A DNA stretch of 63,960 nucleotides, filler included, from Psammoneis japonica (Eukaryota), in assembly GCA_008632985.1 (NCBI GenBank). It is 7 parts of 7 records of this genome, joined end to end, with 100 filler letters (N's around TTAATTAATTAA, not from the genome) between each part and the next. Parts side by side here need not be neighbours in the genome. Positions count along the whole stretch, not along the records: positions 1 to 22,640 come from QPGO01000015.1; positions 22,741 to 49,866 come from QPGO01000017.1; 5 more parts are not named here. One strand, 5' to 3'. The translations under genes and the position numbers were made by a program. Shown here one piece after another: positions 10,926-23,447 of the stretch; positions within the stretch are counted from its first letter, which is position 1; each line of letters begins with the position of its first letter. The notes under the pieces are model-generated. The model was given only the letters and a program-made list of their open reading frames with translations, did no database searches and was not told the DNA's origin.

Positions 10926-13203
10926 TCAGCCCTTCAATTCAGCCAAAGCCTCCTTCGCGTCTTCAAGTGTTATGAGTAGTCCGTCAACTCCACCTCCGTC
11001 TCGTCTGGCTCGAGCGAGTGCTAGCGACCCGGCACATCGAACAAGCCCTGCGATGTCGGCGCCCGAAAAACCACCAGTAGCGTAGTCCGCCGCCAGATCG
11101 TAGCTGGATCTCTCGGTTATTGGCTTCAAAATGCGACTCACGGTGCGCTTGATGGCCTTCCGTTTGCGTCCTGAAACTCTTGCAGATATATCTTCAAGGG
11201 GAAAATCATCGCCCTTAACTTCTGTTTTATTGATAAACGATACGTCTTCGACAGTCAACTCGCTTTCTTCGTCGCCGCCAGTGAGAACACCATCGATTGC
11301 GCAGCAAAGTGGTTTGCTAAGTCGCCCCTTTTTCCGCAACCCATCAAAGTGGATCTGGAGAATTTCTCTTCTACCTTCTTTATCTGGTAATGGGATTTCA
11401 ATCTGTACCTCCAAACGCCCAGGTCGAAGCAATGCGTCGTCAAGGAGCTCTCTACGGTTTGTCATGCCAATCAGTAAGACGTTCGGTATTGCGTTGACTC
11501 CGTCGAGCTTGGCAAGAATCTGATTCACCACGGAAGATCGTGTTGACTCGCCACTATCCTCAGCAGTACTTCGCTTCCGAAAAACAGCATCGATTTCATC
11601 GATAACAATGACGTGCAGGGCGCTCCTAGTGGCGTCCCCGTTGCACACTGCAAGTTCTGCTTCGGCGTCAGCAAAAAGGGCACGAACCAACTTTTCGGAA
11701 CCACCCACCCAGCGATCCAAAAGCTCAGGTGCCGACACAATCTTTGGGGCTCGAGCCCTGAGAGCACGCGAGATTTCTCGTGCGAGGGCTGTTTTACCGC
11801 ATCCGGGAGGTCCGTACAACAAAAGGCCTTTCACGGGTGTCAACCCGAGCAGTGCTAATTCCTCTGCTTCCATGCTAGCTATGCTGAGTTCTGCAGACAT
11901 TTCATCTTGTTCATACGGTCTGCCAATGCCTCCTTCGTCATCATCTTCAGCAGGACGGATGACTCGACCATCCAAGACCCTGCGGACGATTGAATCGATT
12001 TGGTCCCCAAGCCCGCCAACAGAGGATTGAAAATCTGATTTAAAAGCATTGTTGCGTTCTGACCCCGATAGCGTCATTGGAGTTATTCCAGAAGTAAAGC
12101 TGTTTCTCTTTTGTCCTTTGATAAGGTCCATGTTTTCGTTCTTGGCGTCAAAATACCCAAGCATGTTCTGAGGGCTCCAAACCATCCGTGTAACAGTCAT
12201 GTCATGATTCGCACACTGAAAATCCAGCTCTTTTCCACGAGGAAGCAACATGATTTCCATCACCGCAGCTGCACCCATGTCAACTGCTTCGTACATTCGG
12301 TTTGGGCCTCCGTACTGCAACCATGCTGGGACATTTTGGTCTGCAGATGTCTTAACTTCTGTTCTTTCACCCGCATTCCTGGGGGGTCTATTGCTATTAC
12401 TTGAAACCAAAGAACGGTATCTTGTCACGCCACCATACAATAGTTTGCCATAAATAATGCTGGCTGGTGGTTCTACAAGTGGACCCGACAAAGTAGATCC
12501 GGAAGGCAGCAAGATCAGACGGCATCCTAGGCGTGAGAGAAATTGCAAGCGTGACGTGTCAATTGTAGCCAATGCGGCGTCTGTAATCGTCTCATTCGCA
12601 ACCTTTCGTAGGCACTGTGACAAGTCGACAACTAGTGGCGTGGGTACCGATCTCATCCACCTGATCCACATTGAAGCTTCATCGCGATCGAGTCCTGATC
12701 TTTCCTCGGCAAGCTTTTCAGCGCATAAACGACGAAAATCCCAAGGAGTGAGGTGTGAGAAGGTGCAACTTTGTCCCCACAGACCTGTGATTTACCTTGA
12801 GAGAGATCTTATCAAATGCGTTTTGAAGGGCAAACGCATGTTTATCATTTATCCAGTTTGTTGCTGAAGAAGCCTGGGTTCCTCCGGGCTTGCCCACGGC
12901 ATCACGGCGCAGGTCGCTCTCGAACAAACACGCACATGCAAGACCAGAAACGAAATCGAATGCGTTTTCGTCTTCAACAATGTGCCTATCTGTGTTGTGT
13001 TTCTGCTCAATGTTAATGTCAACATCTGGGGAGCCGTTTACAGCGTATGCCATCAATCCAGGCAATGGGCGCGGTGAAGACGACTTCTCATTGTGGTGTG
13101 CCGTCTCATGGAAGCAAAACGCGCCAGCTACGCAAAGACGAGCAGGCGCAATACAGAGCAAGAAGCCAAATATCAGAGCATCGTTATTGATCGCTAACTT
13201 CAT
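10926..13203 (-). CDS. NSF/Sec18-like AAA+ ATPase (single AAA module) with long N-terminal extension and probable plastid presequence; intron 12714-12795
   Basis: [48 protein letters not shown]. The spliced frame joins KISLK|LAEERS. Confidence 0.88.
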
Positions 13204-13329
13204 TTGTCCACATAATAGAGAGTAGACTACAGCATGGGAAGCAAGACAGATGGGAAGATGAACTGGCATTTTTTCACCTGGTGTGGGCAGCAGGTTTTGA
13301 TTAACTCGACTCGAGCGAAACGAGAGTCG

Positions 13330-15230
13330 TCATGTCACAAAAGTGACCCGTGTGTTAAAGTGGGGAGAACTGACAACAACTGCACAAGCAACCATCATCA
13401 AAGGCAGCTGCACTCAAGGACAAGGGACAACGTGTGAAGCAAAATGCAACATGCAGACAAGGAGCTTGTGCAGAAACAAAGTGTCCAGCCACACCAGCAC
13501 CAGTGGAGGAGGCCACAAGAGGAGGCAGAGCAACACGAGGAGGAAGCAAGAAGAGAGAAGCCGCCAAAGGGGACAAGAGCCTGCACAGAGGACAGCGGCA
13601 TGTGCTGTGCCTTGAAGAACTGGGTGGAAGGGGTGAAGAGAATGCCAAAAGGGGAAATTGTGAGACTCTGTTTTGGGAGCTAAAAGCAAGAAGCAATTGT
13701 GAGATGCTTTGCAGCACAACCCAGCAAAAGCTCACATTGCTGCCCCGGCAGGCCAGCCAAGAATCTCTGTGTGTTGTCCATGACCAAGCAGCAGCTCCCT
13801 GAAAAGTGTTTTCAACACCACTTTCGGGTGTGACCCAGTTGTCATTGAGAGCTGTGCCTTGCAAAAAACTGCTCCAGTGCTTGTCAGCGAATCTCCGAGC
13901 ATGTGCGAAAGCACCGGAGCTTGCTGAAGATGTCTCTCTGCTGCTGTGCGCTGCTTCTGTCAAATGAGAGCACAAGCATGTGCTCCATGACCTCTTTGCA
14001 GAGCTGGGCAATTGTCTTTGCAGCTTTGGTGTTTGGTGCAGAGCTTCCAGCACAGTGCTTTGCTGTGGCACCAACAAGGTCATGGGCAAGAGCAGCAGTG
14101 TCAGCAGCAAAAAGCAGCTGTGCTGTGTGTTGGAGCAGCAAGCAGCCAGAGCAACAACAAGAAAAAGAAAAGATGAAAAGAGCAGAAGCTCACAAGCACG
14201 CAGCATCTGAGGCACCCGGAAATGATCTCCAGTGTGTGCCAGCACAAGACAAGCAGCAGCAAAAGCAGGGTGAGAAAACAAAGGCTTGCTTTGATGAGGA
14301 TGGCATGGGGGCAAAGTCAAGAAGCCACACAGAGAGAAGCAAGCCAACTTGGCGCAGTCTTGGCACTAGGTGGTGGCTCAAGAGTGCACATCATTGTGCA
14401 CAGCCACTGCTTGTGAGGTGCCAGCCAAGAGCAGCAGCAGTGCTGGCCAGCTCCCAGGAGCTGCCAGAGCTCAGAGAGCCGGCCCCCTGCATTGTCAACT
14501 CAGAACACTTGCAAAAGAAGAGACAACAACAGAGAGACAGGAAGCAAGCAACAGCTGACAACAGCAATTCTTTCTGCTTGGGATGCCATCACATTTTCTA
14601 TGTTCACTGGCCTAGTTGGCGACATTTGTGCCACAAGATCCGTCTTCTCCGTGCGCACTGCGATGCGGCGGTTTAAAAAGCTGTGTTTGACTAACTTGAT
14701 TAAAATGACAAAGGGCAATGTGTGATGACTCAAAAAAGTACCCCGTTAAGTAAGTAAAAATTCGCCTTTATGTACGGTATAACCTTGTTACATCCTCCGC
14801 CTTATGTATGTACGGTATAAAAATTGTACCGTACATAAGGCGCAATTACTTAGAGGATGACCTTCCACGTCAGCGTTGTCGTTATGTACGGTATCCCACA
14901 CCCCTGTGGTAGGGGAGCTGTGTGTGTGTGCGTGGTTGTGCGCGCACGGCTTCGCCGTGCGTTGAGTTTTAATGTTAATATCCACACGAATGTGTATATT
15001 CCATTTTTCCTGCTACTATTAGCATTTGTGTACAAATGCATAAATAAATGTGAGGTCATTTATATAAAAATATAATGAATAAGATATAAACTGCCACGTA
15101 ACCATGACATCACCATATTCTCCCCTACCACAGGGGTGGGTATCCCACACTGTTTGACGACCTGCCGATGAACTTACTTGAAGAGCAAAAAGCGCGGGAA
15201 AAACTAATGACGTCACTTTGTGTGTGATGC
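13330..15230. mobile_element. Unclassified transposon relic: TA-erased body (13330-14690) and TA-retaining end with subterminal direct and inverted repeats (14750-15150)
   Basis: About 6 TA in 1.36 kb of the body. Repeated tatgtacggtat; palindrome cgccttatgta..tacataaggcg; inverted pair cacccctgtggtaggggag (~14900) / ctcccctaccacaggggtg (~15120). Confidence 0.65.
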
Positions 15231-15387
15231 AACCACGTTTTGAAAGTATTTAACGTGTACGTACTGTACAGGTACAACAGTACTGTAGGACGTTTCAACT
15301 ATTTTGTCATCAATCCGTCACGCACCATCTCATTTTCAATTTTCTACTTTGCCCTTTCGCGTCGTCAAAAACCACACCTGAATCATC

Positions 15388-15409
15388 GACGACGACGACG
15401 ACGACGACA
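15388..15409. repeat. (GAC)n microsatellite
   Basis: About 7 GAC units. Confidence 0.9.
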
Positions 15410-15518
15410 GTAAGACAGAGTGAGCTTTGAGCTCCCTTTTAATGTAGTTGTCACCTAAAGAGGAGGCGTCAGAAACATCTTCAATAGAGCCGTGTCAGAC
15501 GAGACCGACAAGACCGAC

Positions 15519-17252
15519 ATGCCCGCTGTTAAGAGACCAGTGAGAACGAACCGAGAAAGAAACGCTGAAGCTACACTTTCCCACGCTGTAGCGAGCAGCA
15601 TCCCATCTAGTATGCCATCCTCTTATGAGAATGGTAACGTTGTTGGATCACCACATCCGAGAAACTCTAGCGGGGAGATAATTTCAAAGCGTCGCGCAGG
15701 TTCCAAAACGCGTGCCTTATCTTCAAACATGATGCGAGCTCTTTCGGGTCTTTGCTGCCAGGAATGCTCTCAGCCCAGCAACGAAGAGAACGAAAACCAG
15801 GACAGCAGTGAAAAGTCGCAAGAGGGGTCTTCTTTCTCCGATGGTGATGTTCTCACCGTTCTCCAAGATTCTGTGATCTCTCCTTTAGTTTTGAAACCCA
15901 TGCTGGACTCGCCAAGCGATGTAGGAACGGTGGAAAGAATCATTGGAGAATACATTGCTGCTTGTAAATTTTATGGCTGTCAAGATCGAGTTAATGCCGG
16001 TGTTCTTACGTCCTTTCGTTTCGCACTTCCCGCGGTACGCGTGAGTGGCAGCTTTCATGATGCCGACATGTTGGCCTTGGGAGAGATCCTCTTGCGTCAT
16101 TGTAACGGAGCTTTGCGATACGTCAAACGCTTAGACTTCAGTATAGCAGCTAAGGAAGGCAAGGGGCAGAATGGGAAGCATGGCTTCCAGTCTCACGGAG
16201 CTTTTACCCTCTCAAAGGTGTTGCAGACTGGCCAGTACATTCAAGAGGTATTTTTGCAACGCAACAGGATTGGACCATACGGTGCCTGTGCTATTTATCT
16301 GGGAGTATCCACGAACCCAACATTGAGAGTTCTCAATATGAGAGGATGTCGCTCCGGTGAACGTGGCGCATTGCCTTTGCGCAACATGTGTGCCGAAGCA
16401 AGGTTTGCGGGCTTGAAGAAGTCGATCTCAGCGCCAATCGGATTGGGTTTGTAGGAACTAGAGCTATCGAGCGTGAACTCACCAAACGTAACGAGAAAGC
16501 TGATAAGTTCCTAGCTGTGGACATGGAAGGGAATCTAATTTTCCAGGAGGTAAGGGCAGATATCCAGTTGTTAGTGCGTAGAGGGGAATGATTCGCAATT
16601 CACATCTCAGTTTGCACGCATTCACGTACTTGCAGGTTATGAATTGCGTTACGCATGGTCTGGGCATTTTGCTGGCGATTGTGGGTTCCTTGTCCTCTCC
16701 CGTCGTGTAAAGGATGCGCCAACCAGAAATGTGGTGAGCTGTTCTATATATTCATCATCGCTCTTGGTTTTATACACGAGTTCGACACTGTATCATTCCT
16801 TCTTTTCGTTACGGGCTACGAGATACATCTTTCAAGTGTTCGACAAGTGCGCCATTTACATTTTGATCGCTGGCTCGTACACGCCCTTTTGTGTAATTCT
16901 TATGAATCAATATCCGACAGGATTGTATCTGTTAGTCTTCATTTGGGTCTGTTCCATCATGGGCATTCTGGTGGAAGCCTTGTTTCCGACATGGAAGCAC
17001 AAATTGACATTTTCCTTAGCAATGTATTTGGGGACTGGCTGGGCAGCCGCAGTGTGTCTACCCGACATCGTTGGGATATTACCCATGGATGGCGTCAACC
17101 TTTTGGTCCTTGGTGGCGTTGGCTATACAGCAGGAGTTCCCTTTTTCGTCCGAAATCACAACCTGGACCACAGCATCTGGCACATCTTTGTGCTGGTGGC
17201 ATCCATGTTCCACTGGTTTTGTGTTTACCTCTATGTCGCAACAATGGAATAG
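15519..17252 (+). CDS. LRR (RNI-like) - hemolysin III/PAQR fusion membrane protein; intron 16550-16635; apparent frameshifts near 16373 and 16688
   Basis: [11 protein letters not shown] and [13 protein letters not shown]s. [34 protein letters not shown] and HSIWHIFV are HlyIII motifs. Confidence 0.85.
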
Positions 17253-17386
17253 ATCGCGTACAAAGCGAGTACAAAGCATCTTTTAAAATGTTTTACAATT
17301 AAAGCAGCCTTTGTTGAGCTTGCGAATCTAGTTTACATTGATCTAGGGAACTCAACAGTGTTATTGTACACGGAACAAAGCGCGTT

Positions 17387-17956
17387 TTATGCACCCGTAG
17401 GTGGCGGAGGCCCTTGTCCTGGAGGAGGTAGGGCCGGTGGAGGCAGTCCTTGCCCGGGTGGAGGCAGATTTGGCGGAGGCAGCCCTGGTCCAAGCGGCGG
17501 AGGAGGACCCTGTCCACCAGGAGGAGGGAGAGGAGGTGGCGGCCCACCAAAGTTCGGCGGTGGTACACTGAAATTGGGCGGCGGACCTGCACCAATGGGC
17601 GGCGGCGGTCCTGGTGGATATCTAGGAGGTGGCCTGGTTGGTGGAGGACCGGCAAAACGTGGTGGCGGAACTGATGTTGTTGGAGGCGGGATGAAATTCG
17701 GTCTAACCCAAGTGCGCTCCCCATGGGGGGAAATATAAAAGGTTATCCTCGTTGCATCGTCCACCTCTTCTTTCCAGCCCTCCGGCAATGGAGTAACTCC
17801 AGGACCGTTGCTTCCAACGTTCCTCAGGTAGGCCTGTTGTGCCGCGGCCAAACCCATCGGACCTTGTCTCCACGATTCCAGATGCTTTTCGTAATGCAGC
17901 TTGAAGTTCTCTCGAAATTTCCACCCCCGTCGTTGCTGCTTACGGCCCCGCGGCAC
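17387..17956 (-). CDS. WW-domain protein with proline-rich tail (last exon; 5' end unresolved)
   Basis: LPEGWKEEVD..TFYISPHGERTWVRP followed by poly-Pro. A CAG acceptor lies at the ORF start. Confidence 0.75.
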   Translation of the reverse strand: MPRGRKQQRRGWKFRENFKLHYEKHLESWRQGPMGLAAAQQAYLRNVGSNGPGVTPLPEGWKEEVDDATRITFYISPHGERTWVRPNFIPPPTTSVPPPRFAGPPPTRPPPRYPPGPPPPIGAGPPPNFSVPPPNFGGPPPPLPPPGGQGPPPPLGPGLPPPNLPPPGQGLPPPALPPPGQGPPPPTGA

Positions 17957-19266
17957 TGTCGTGAGTCAAGTAAGTGTTCGAATAGTCGTCGAAGAATCGA
18001 GCATCTTGCTTTCTTGTCTTTCGTCGACTCTAGCTCTAGCAACGCAACAACAGAAAGTTGAAGTAGTGCATCAACTCGCTCAACGCAGGCAACGGCGGCC
18101 GTCGTTTGGTGTCATGGCGCGTCCGGGTGGCGTGGTCGATGGACGGACGTGTTGGCGACGGACATACCGCCGGTTAAAAATTTCATTGCATGCCACTAAC
18201 GGATGTGAATAGACGTTGCGTTGTCGGAGGGAGCATTCACATTTTTTTTTCAAAAAAATTGAAGATGGTCGAACTCGCCGCGGATCAACGAAATAAAGAG
18301 GGGAGGTTCGTTTCAGTGGCATAGCGTACAAATTGAAAACAAATAGACAGAAAAAGCGTTGTGTTGCTGCATGTGGAAATTGAATCCGCCTTTTGTGACA
18401 AGGGCTTGTGGTGAGACTTTCTTTTGAGTTGCTGTGACATAGGCCACGCCGTTCTTTATCCACCTCTCTTACCGACAACTCAATCGTAGGCCCTGACGTG
18501 CCGTTCGTCGGGTCGCGTCCCACATTGTGTTTTAAGGATGATGTAGACCGCTCCTCCTTTGACTGTGAATGTTGAACTCGTGGTGATGTGTGCTGTAGCT
18601 TGTTCTCCCTAGTCTATTCTCTATTCTTACGGTTTCCGACTTTTGCTGTGAGTAAGAACGACAAAAATCCTAAGATGTGGTAGCTTTCAACTATGACACC
18701 GTTCTTTTTAGCAGGTTTATCATGAGACAGGCATGCCATGGAGCCAAGCCCCTCCGTAAAGATCAATCGAAAAGTTGACAAGGAAGTGTGGTAGATTGCC
18801 TGGAGCGGCAACTCTCTCGAGTTAAGATGATTACCTTACGGAAAATCGTTTGTTTGTATATGACCACGTAGCTATATTGCTTCTAGCTATTCAATTAGCT
18901 TTCCTGCAGGAGCCACCGTGGCACTGATCAGCCTCCGCTCCTCACTCTCTAGGACAGCCAATCCATAAAATCCGCCTCAAGGCTACAACATTACGCTCAA
19001 GATCTCGCTCTCCCTCTCTACCCGTAGCGTAAATTACATTTATCAAATAAATAGATCTAATTATGAAATTCAAGCTGACGCCCGGGAGCTATGATGGAAT
19101 GTGGATCCGTCCACCAGATCGCAACATAATACCGAACGGCAACTTCCAACAAATTTTCTTGTAGTATCTGGACATATGCATAGAGTCTCACTTGGAAGAT
19201 ATAAAGATCGTCTTGAAAAAGAGTACGTTGTCATCCTCAAAAGCAGGGTGGTCGTAATATAGATCT

Positions 19267-20711
19267 CTAGTCCGAAGAAGCCAGGCGTTCTCCGTTCTTG
19301 TTCTCACAAACAATTTTGTGTTTCGGCCAATCCTCCACCTGGCATTTTCGGCTACAGTAGTACTGTTTCATACAGCGTGAGCACCTTTTGAATTCAAAGC
19401 CTCCAGAGAGACGGTCCTTGTCGACCCAACGGAAACAAATGGGACACTGCTGTCGTGCTCACGGGTGGAAGCTCCGACCCACGCTTGTACTTCGGCGCTT
19501 GTCCAATAAGCACGACTATCTTTTCCCGAAGGACACCCGTCAACCAGTCGCTTGAGCGCTCGAATCTTTGGGGACTTGGTGTCTTCTAGAAGCAGGTCGT
19601 AGATAGAGCAACCGTTGGAAGGTAGATAAAGGTCAGCGCCGTGTTGCAAAAGCAGGGCGACGCATTTGCGAACTTCGCACCTCTTGCTGTCGATTTTCCT
19701 GTCCAATAGCGCAATAGCGAGAGCACAAAATCCTTTGTCATGCTCACGGCTGACATAGACACCCGTGTCGTTGACAATAGCTTGGCCTTTTTCCGACTCG
19801 AGCAAAACTTTCAGAACTCGCCAATTGCGTTTCATCACCACGAGGTGCAACAGCGGCATTTGCTTATCCGTACTTTCGTGTACGAGATCACCAGGATCCG
19901 CTCCGTAGTCTAAAAGCAATCGAACGGCCTTCAATTGATTGTGTTGAGAACCAAAGTATGACTTGCAGCAAGCGAGCGCGAGCGGCGACAAGGTCAGTCC
20001 TTCGCTTTCGCAAGATGTAGTTGCAGCGCCTCTGGCCAGCATGAGCTCCATAAGCTCAAGCTTAAACTTCCAGTCGCTCCCGTCCAAGAGCTCAATAAGA
20101 ATAAACAAAGGCGTTCCTCTTGATGTGATATTGGAAAGGTCTGCACCGGCTTCGATCAGGCTTATGATGATTTCTCTGCTGTCTTGAATCTTCTTCTTGT
20201 CGCTGTTTTCGTTGTAGTTGACTTTGTAAGTTATGAAAGCGGCATTCAGTGGTTGTGCGTTATGCTTCTGATACGGAGTGTTCGAGTGCAATACAGGTCG
20301 GTTCACGTTTGCGCCGTGGTACAGCAGCCACTCGACTAGCTCGAGATGTCCTCCCAGAATCGCGTAGTACAGCGTTGTGTTGCCGTCTTCGTCTGTACAG
20401 ACGTCTGCCGGATTGACAGTGTCGCTACCGAGCTTCACGTCCTCAAGAATGGCAAGAGCGGTATCGGGCTCTCCTTGAATGATTGCTTTGATTGGGTCCG
20501 TCAAACCTTTGTCTGATTTCTTCTCTGTAGAGTCGTCGTCATTGGTCGTGTAAACATCACGGCGAGTGCTGCTTTCTACAGGCGGACCGTCGTCAACGAA
20601 ACAACACCGCGATGCAATCAGAGCATTCTTCACGCGTGGATAATCACACGACTGGTGACTTCCTGTACAATGGACCGTGTCGTCAGTCTGAAGCTCGTCG
20701 CTCTTCGCCAT
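19267..20711 (-). CDS. Ankyrin-repeat protein with C-terminal MYND zinc finger (frameshift near 19470)
   Basis: [28 protein letters not shown] and further ANK repeats. A shifted frame reads [32 protein letters not shown]. Confidence 0.85.
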
Positions 20712-21127
20712 GGTTGCTCGCAATCTGATCGATATCTACCGGTACCGGTATTGCTGATGGCTGATGGCGGATTTGTTTTCTGTCGCCGGTAGCCGGCGGT
20801 CGCACTACAAATCTCACGGTTTGGCACGTACGTAGAATCCTCGTGGAGCCGGTACTGAGAAATTGATTTTCAAATGATCGTCTTTTGGCGCGAAAGTGGA
20901 CAGACACACAGACAGACGGAGGAGAAAAAAATCACATCATGCATGCATACAGCACGAATTTTCTTGGATCGACAGAGACACCGCACAAAAGCAAAATGAA
21001 GACAACCAACAACACCAGAATGGCACCAACGCAACAGCCAGAGCTTTGTCCCTCGGCTCACGATGGAGAGTGCAAGCAAGCTTTGAAACACGACTCCAAG
21101 CAGTCCCGGGCGTTTGGCGACCAGAAA

Positions 21128-21316
21128 CTTCGAGGTCTTGCGAGGTCTAATGGTTTTTTTCAAAAAAAGCATAAGACCTCTAATGGTTTTTATCTAGACC
21201 TCAGACCTCGCGAACCACGATGAGAACAAAAGCTTCGAGGTCTTGCGAGGTCTAATGGTTTTTCAAAAAATGTATTAGACCTCTAATGGTTTTTATCTAG
21301 ACCTCAGACCTCGCGA
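21128..21316. repeat. Two tandem ~85-bp self-complementary (MITE-like) units, 21128-21213 and 21233-21316
   Basis: Each unit starts cttcgaggtcttgcgaggtcta and ends tagacctcagacctcgcga. Confidence 0.85.
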
Positions 21317-21362
21317 CTTACATTCTCATCCCAACCTTCTTTGCGGAAAGAAGACGAGCGCC

Positions 21363-22202
21363 ATGGCCACGCTATCGAATTGCTACGTCCCTCTTGTTGC
21401 ATCCTCTTATGCTAAGGAAACACTTGAGGAGCGACAAGAACGATTATTCTCGTCAAGATCAAGCGGCGATGGAGACGGAACGCGTGGTCCTTTCGCCCTT
21501 CGTCGGTTGTGTATGGAAATATCCGTGACGAACGCAAGCGGTTCTGCACTGGTGGAGTTGGGACATACCAAGGTTTTATGCGAGGTACAAGGTCCTGTGG
21601 CGGATCCAAATACTGTCATGGATGAAGGGGTGATGCGCTGCAGTGTGCGATATGCTCCGCATATCGAATAAGGCCTGAACGCCAAGTGGCCTCTTCCGTC
21701 ATGCCTCTCGATGCGCAAATGAAAACATCCATGGGGAAATTGGGGTCACTAACAATGTCTCGTGAAGTTGAAATGTCTTCTGATCTTTATGATGCGCTAT
21801 CTGCGGCTGTGCCACTTGATAAATTGCCCAAGAGTCTTTTGAAAATTTGTGTTACGGTTTTGCAGGACGATGGGAGCGCTCTGTCGGCAGCTGTAGTTGC
21901 GTCTAGCCTCGCCTTAGCTAATGCCCACGTTGAAATGAGTGATCTTGTGGTGTCGTCTACAGTTGCATGCTTTTCAAATCAGAAATTATTGGCAGATCCT
22001 ACCGAAGACGAAGAGGAGGCAGCCAACGCCGTGGTAACTCTTGCCATAATGCCCAACTGGAAAGAAGTGACGTGATCAAGCAGGAAGACTTTCCTCGGAA
22101 GCGTCATCCCAGGCTGTTGACCTTGGTCGTGATGGCTGTCGAACGCTCTATAAATTCATGAGGCAGTGCTTAATTGATAGTGATAACAGCTTTAGAAGCT
22201 AG
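21363..22202 (+). CDS. Exosome complex RNase PH-like subunit (Rrp41/Mtr3-like); apparent frameshifts near 21668 and 22073
   Basis: ASGSALVELGHTKVLCEVQGP, VTVLQDDGS, LADPTEDEE, GCRTLYKFMRQCL. Confidence 0.85.
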
Positions 22203-22341
22203 CTACTACTATAGCTACCCCAAGCCTTACCCGGAAACGAGTGCGAGATAGGAGTGCAAGACACGGCCGACGCACGTGCGTAACGTACCAACCTAACAAC
22301 AAAATTCAACGTGATGGAAGTTGAAACGAAATGGCAACGGG

Positions 22342-22640
22342 ATGATTTCCCGCTGGACATGCACAGCCGCAGCTGTCGGTGCATTAGTATTGATCTATGC
22401 ATTACGGCCTCGTGAAAAGAAAGAGCAACGATGGGATTATCAGTACAGATCAGCGGGCGTGAAACGCTCCAGGTTTCGAGAAAAGCAACGAGATATCAAG
22501 GTTGTCTGTGCTCCATCCAACAGAATTCAACAACAGCATAGATGCATTCGTTTCGAGGAACGATAATGTCTTGATAATCCATTGTGGATCAGATGGAGGG
22601 GAAGAACGAGCTAAGCTTGCTTCTGGTATAGCTCCGCGTG
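22342..22640 (+). CDS. 5' part of an unknown gene with an N-terminal hydrophobic segment, cut by the contig end
   Basis: MISRWTCTAAAVGALVLIYAL..; a coding-like continuation runs in a shifted frame up to the gap. Confidence 0.3.
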
Positions 22641-22740
22641 NNNNNNNNNNNNNNNNNNNNNNNNNNNNNNNNNNNNNNNNNNNNTTAATTAATTAANNNN
22701 NNNNNNNNNNNNNNNNNNNNNNNNNNNNNNNNNNNNNNNN
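22641..22740. other. Artificial contig linker N44-TTAATTAATTAA-N44 (same at 49867-49966, 53184-53283, 55220-55319, 61186-61285, 62529-62628)
   Basis: Identical 100-nt structure occurs six times; the 12-mer has stops in all six frames. Confidence 0.98.
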
Positions 22741-23447
22741 TACCGGTACGTGTTGGAACACCCATCAAAGAGGGTCTGACTTGTTGTTCTTCTGGACGGT
22801 TGAAGATTTGGCCTAGCTCTGGAAATATGCTGGACGAGGTATCCATCGACGCTTCTTGATAACAAAATAATGAGAACGAGGAGTTGAAGTGCATCCGGGT
22901 ACAACGAATGGCGTGTCATCTTTTTCCGGCATTTCTGGGTAAGTCGAGCGCTTGGACATGGGTTGTTCGGGCTGGTGGAGAATCTTTGTATGTTGACTGC
23001 GGTAATGTCACTATCTGGAGAATATTCTGCTGTCATACTTCTAAAGAAAAGGTCGTTTGTGTCTTGTGTCCTCGTCGTGTGTCGTGTGGTTCTTCGACAT
23101 GTGTTTCTACCACACGTTTTTCATAGTGGCGTCATGGCCATGGCGGCTGGAAGCTGGAAGCAGGCAGGAAGCGAGCGAGAAGTATGAGAGGCACGGGAGC
23201 GAATCATCATCTCACAGACATCCATACAATTCGCGGGCCGCGCGGACGGACTTCTCACTCGTCTCTCCGTGCGTACGCGCGCGTCTTCCGCCATTCTGGG
23301 CGCGTAGTCACAAGCTCACAAGTCACTCCATCGCAAAGCAAAGCAGTGTACTGTAGGTGTGTTGTTGTTGCTGTTACCTGTGGTAGATCTATCAGCCCGT
23401 ACTGGACTTTGTTTGCAGTCAATGCTTCTTGACCCACTCAGAGCACC

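Noticed and set aside
8660..22080. Small frameshifts in many host genes (~8666, 10335, 16373, 16688, 19470, 21668, 22073), suggesting programmed frameshifting or pseudogenisation
   Set aside because: They are concentrated in one contig, hit otherwise conserved genes and share no motif. Most likely consensus indel errors; read mapping would settle it.
22641..22740. Repeated TTAATTAATTAA palindrome between N runs
   Set aside because: Artificial six-frame-stop linker used to concatenate contigs; not biological.
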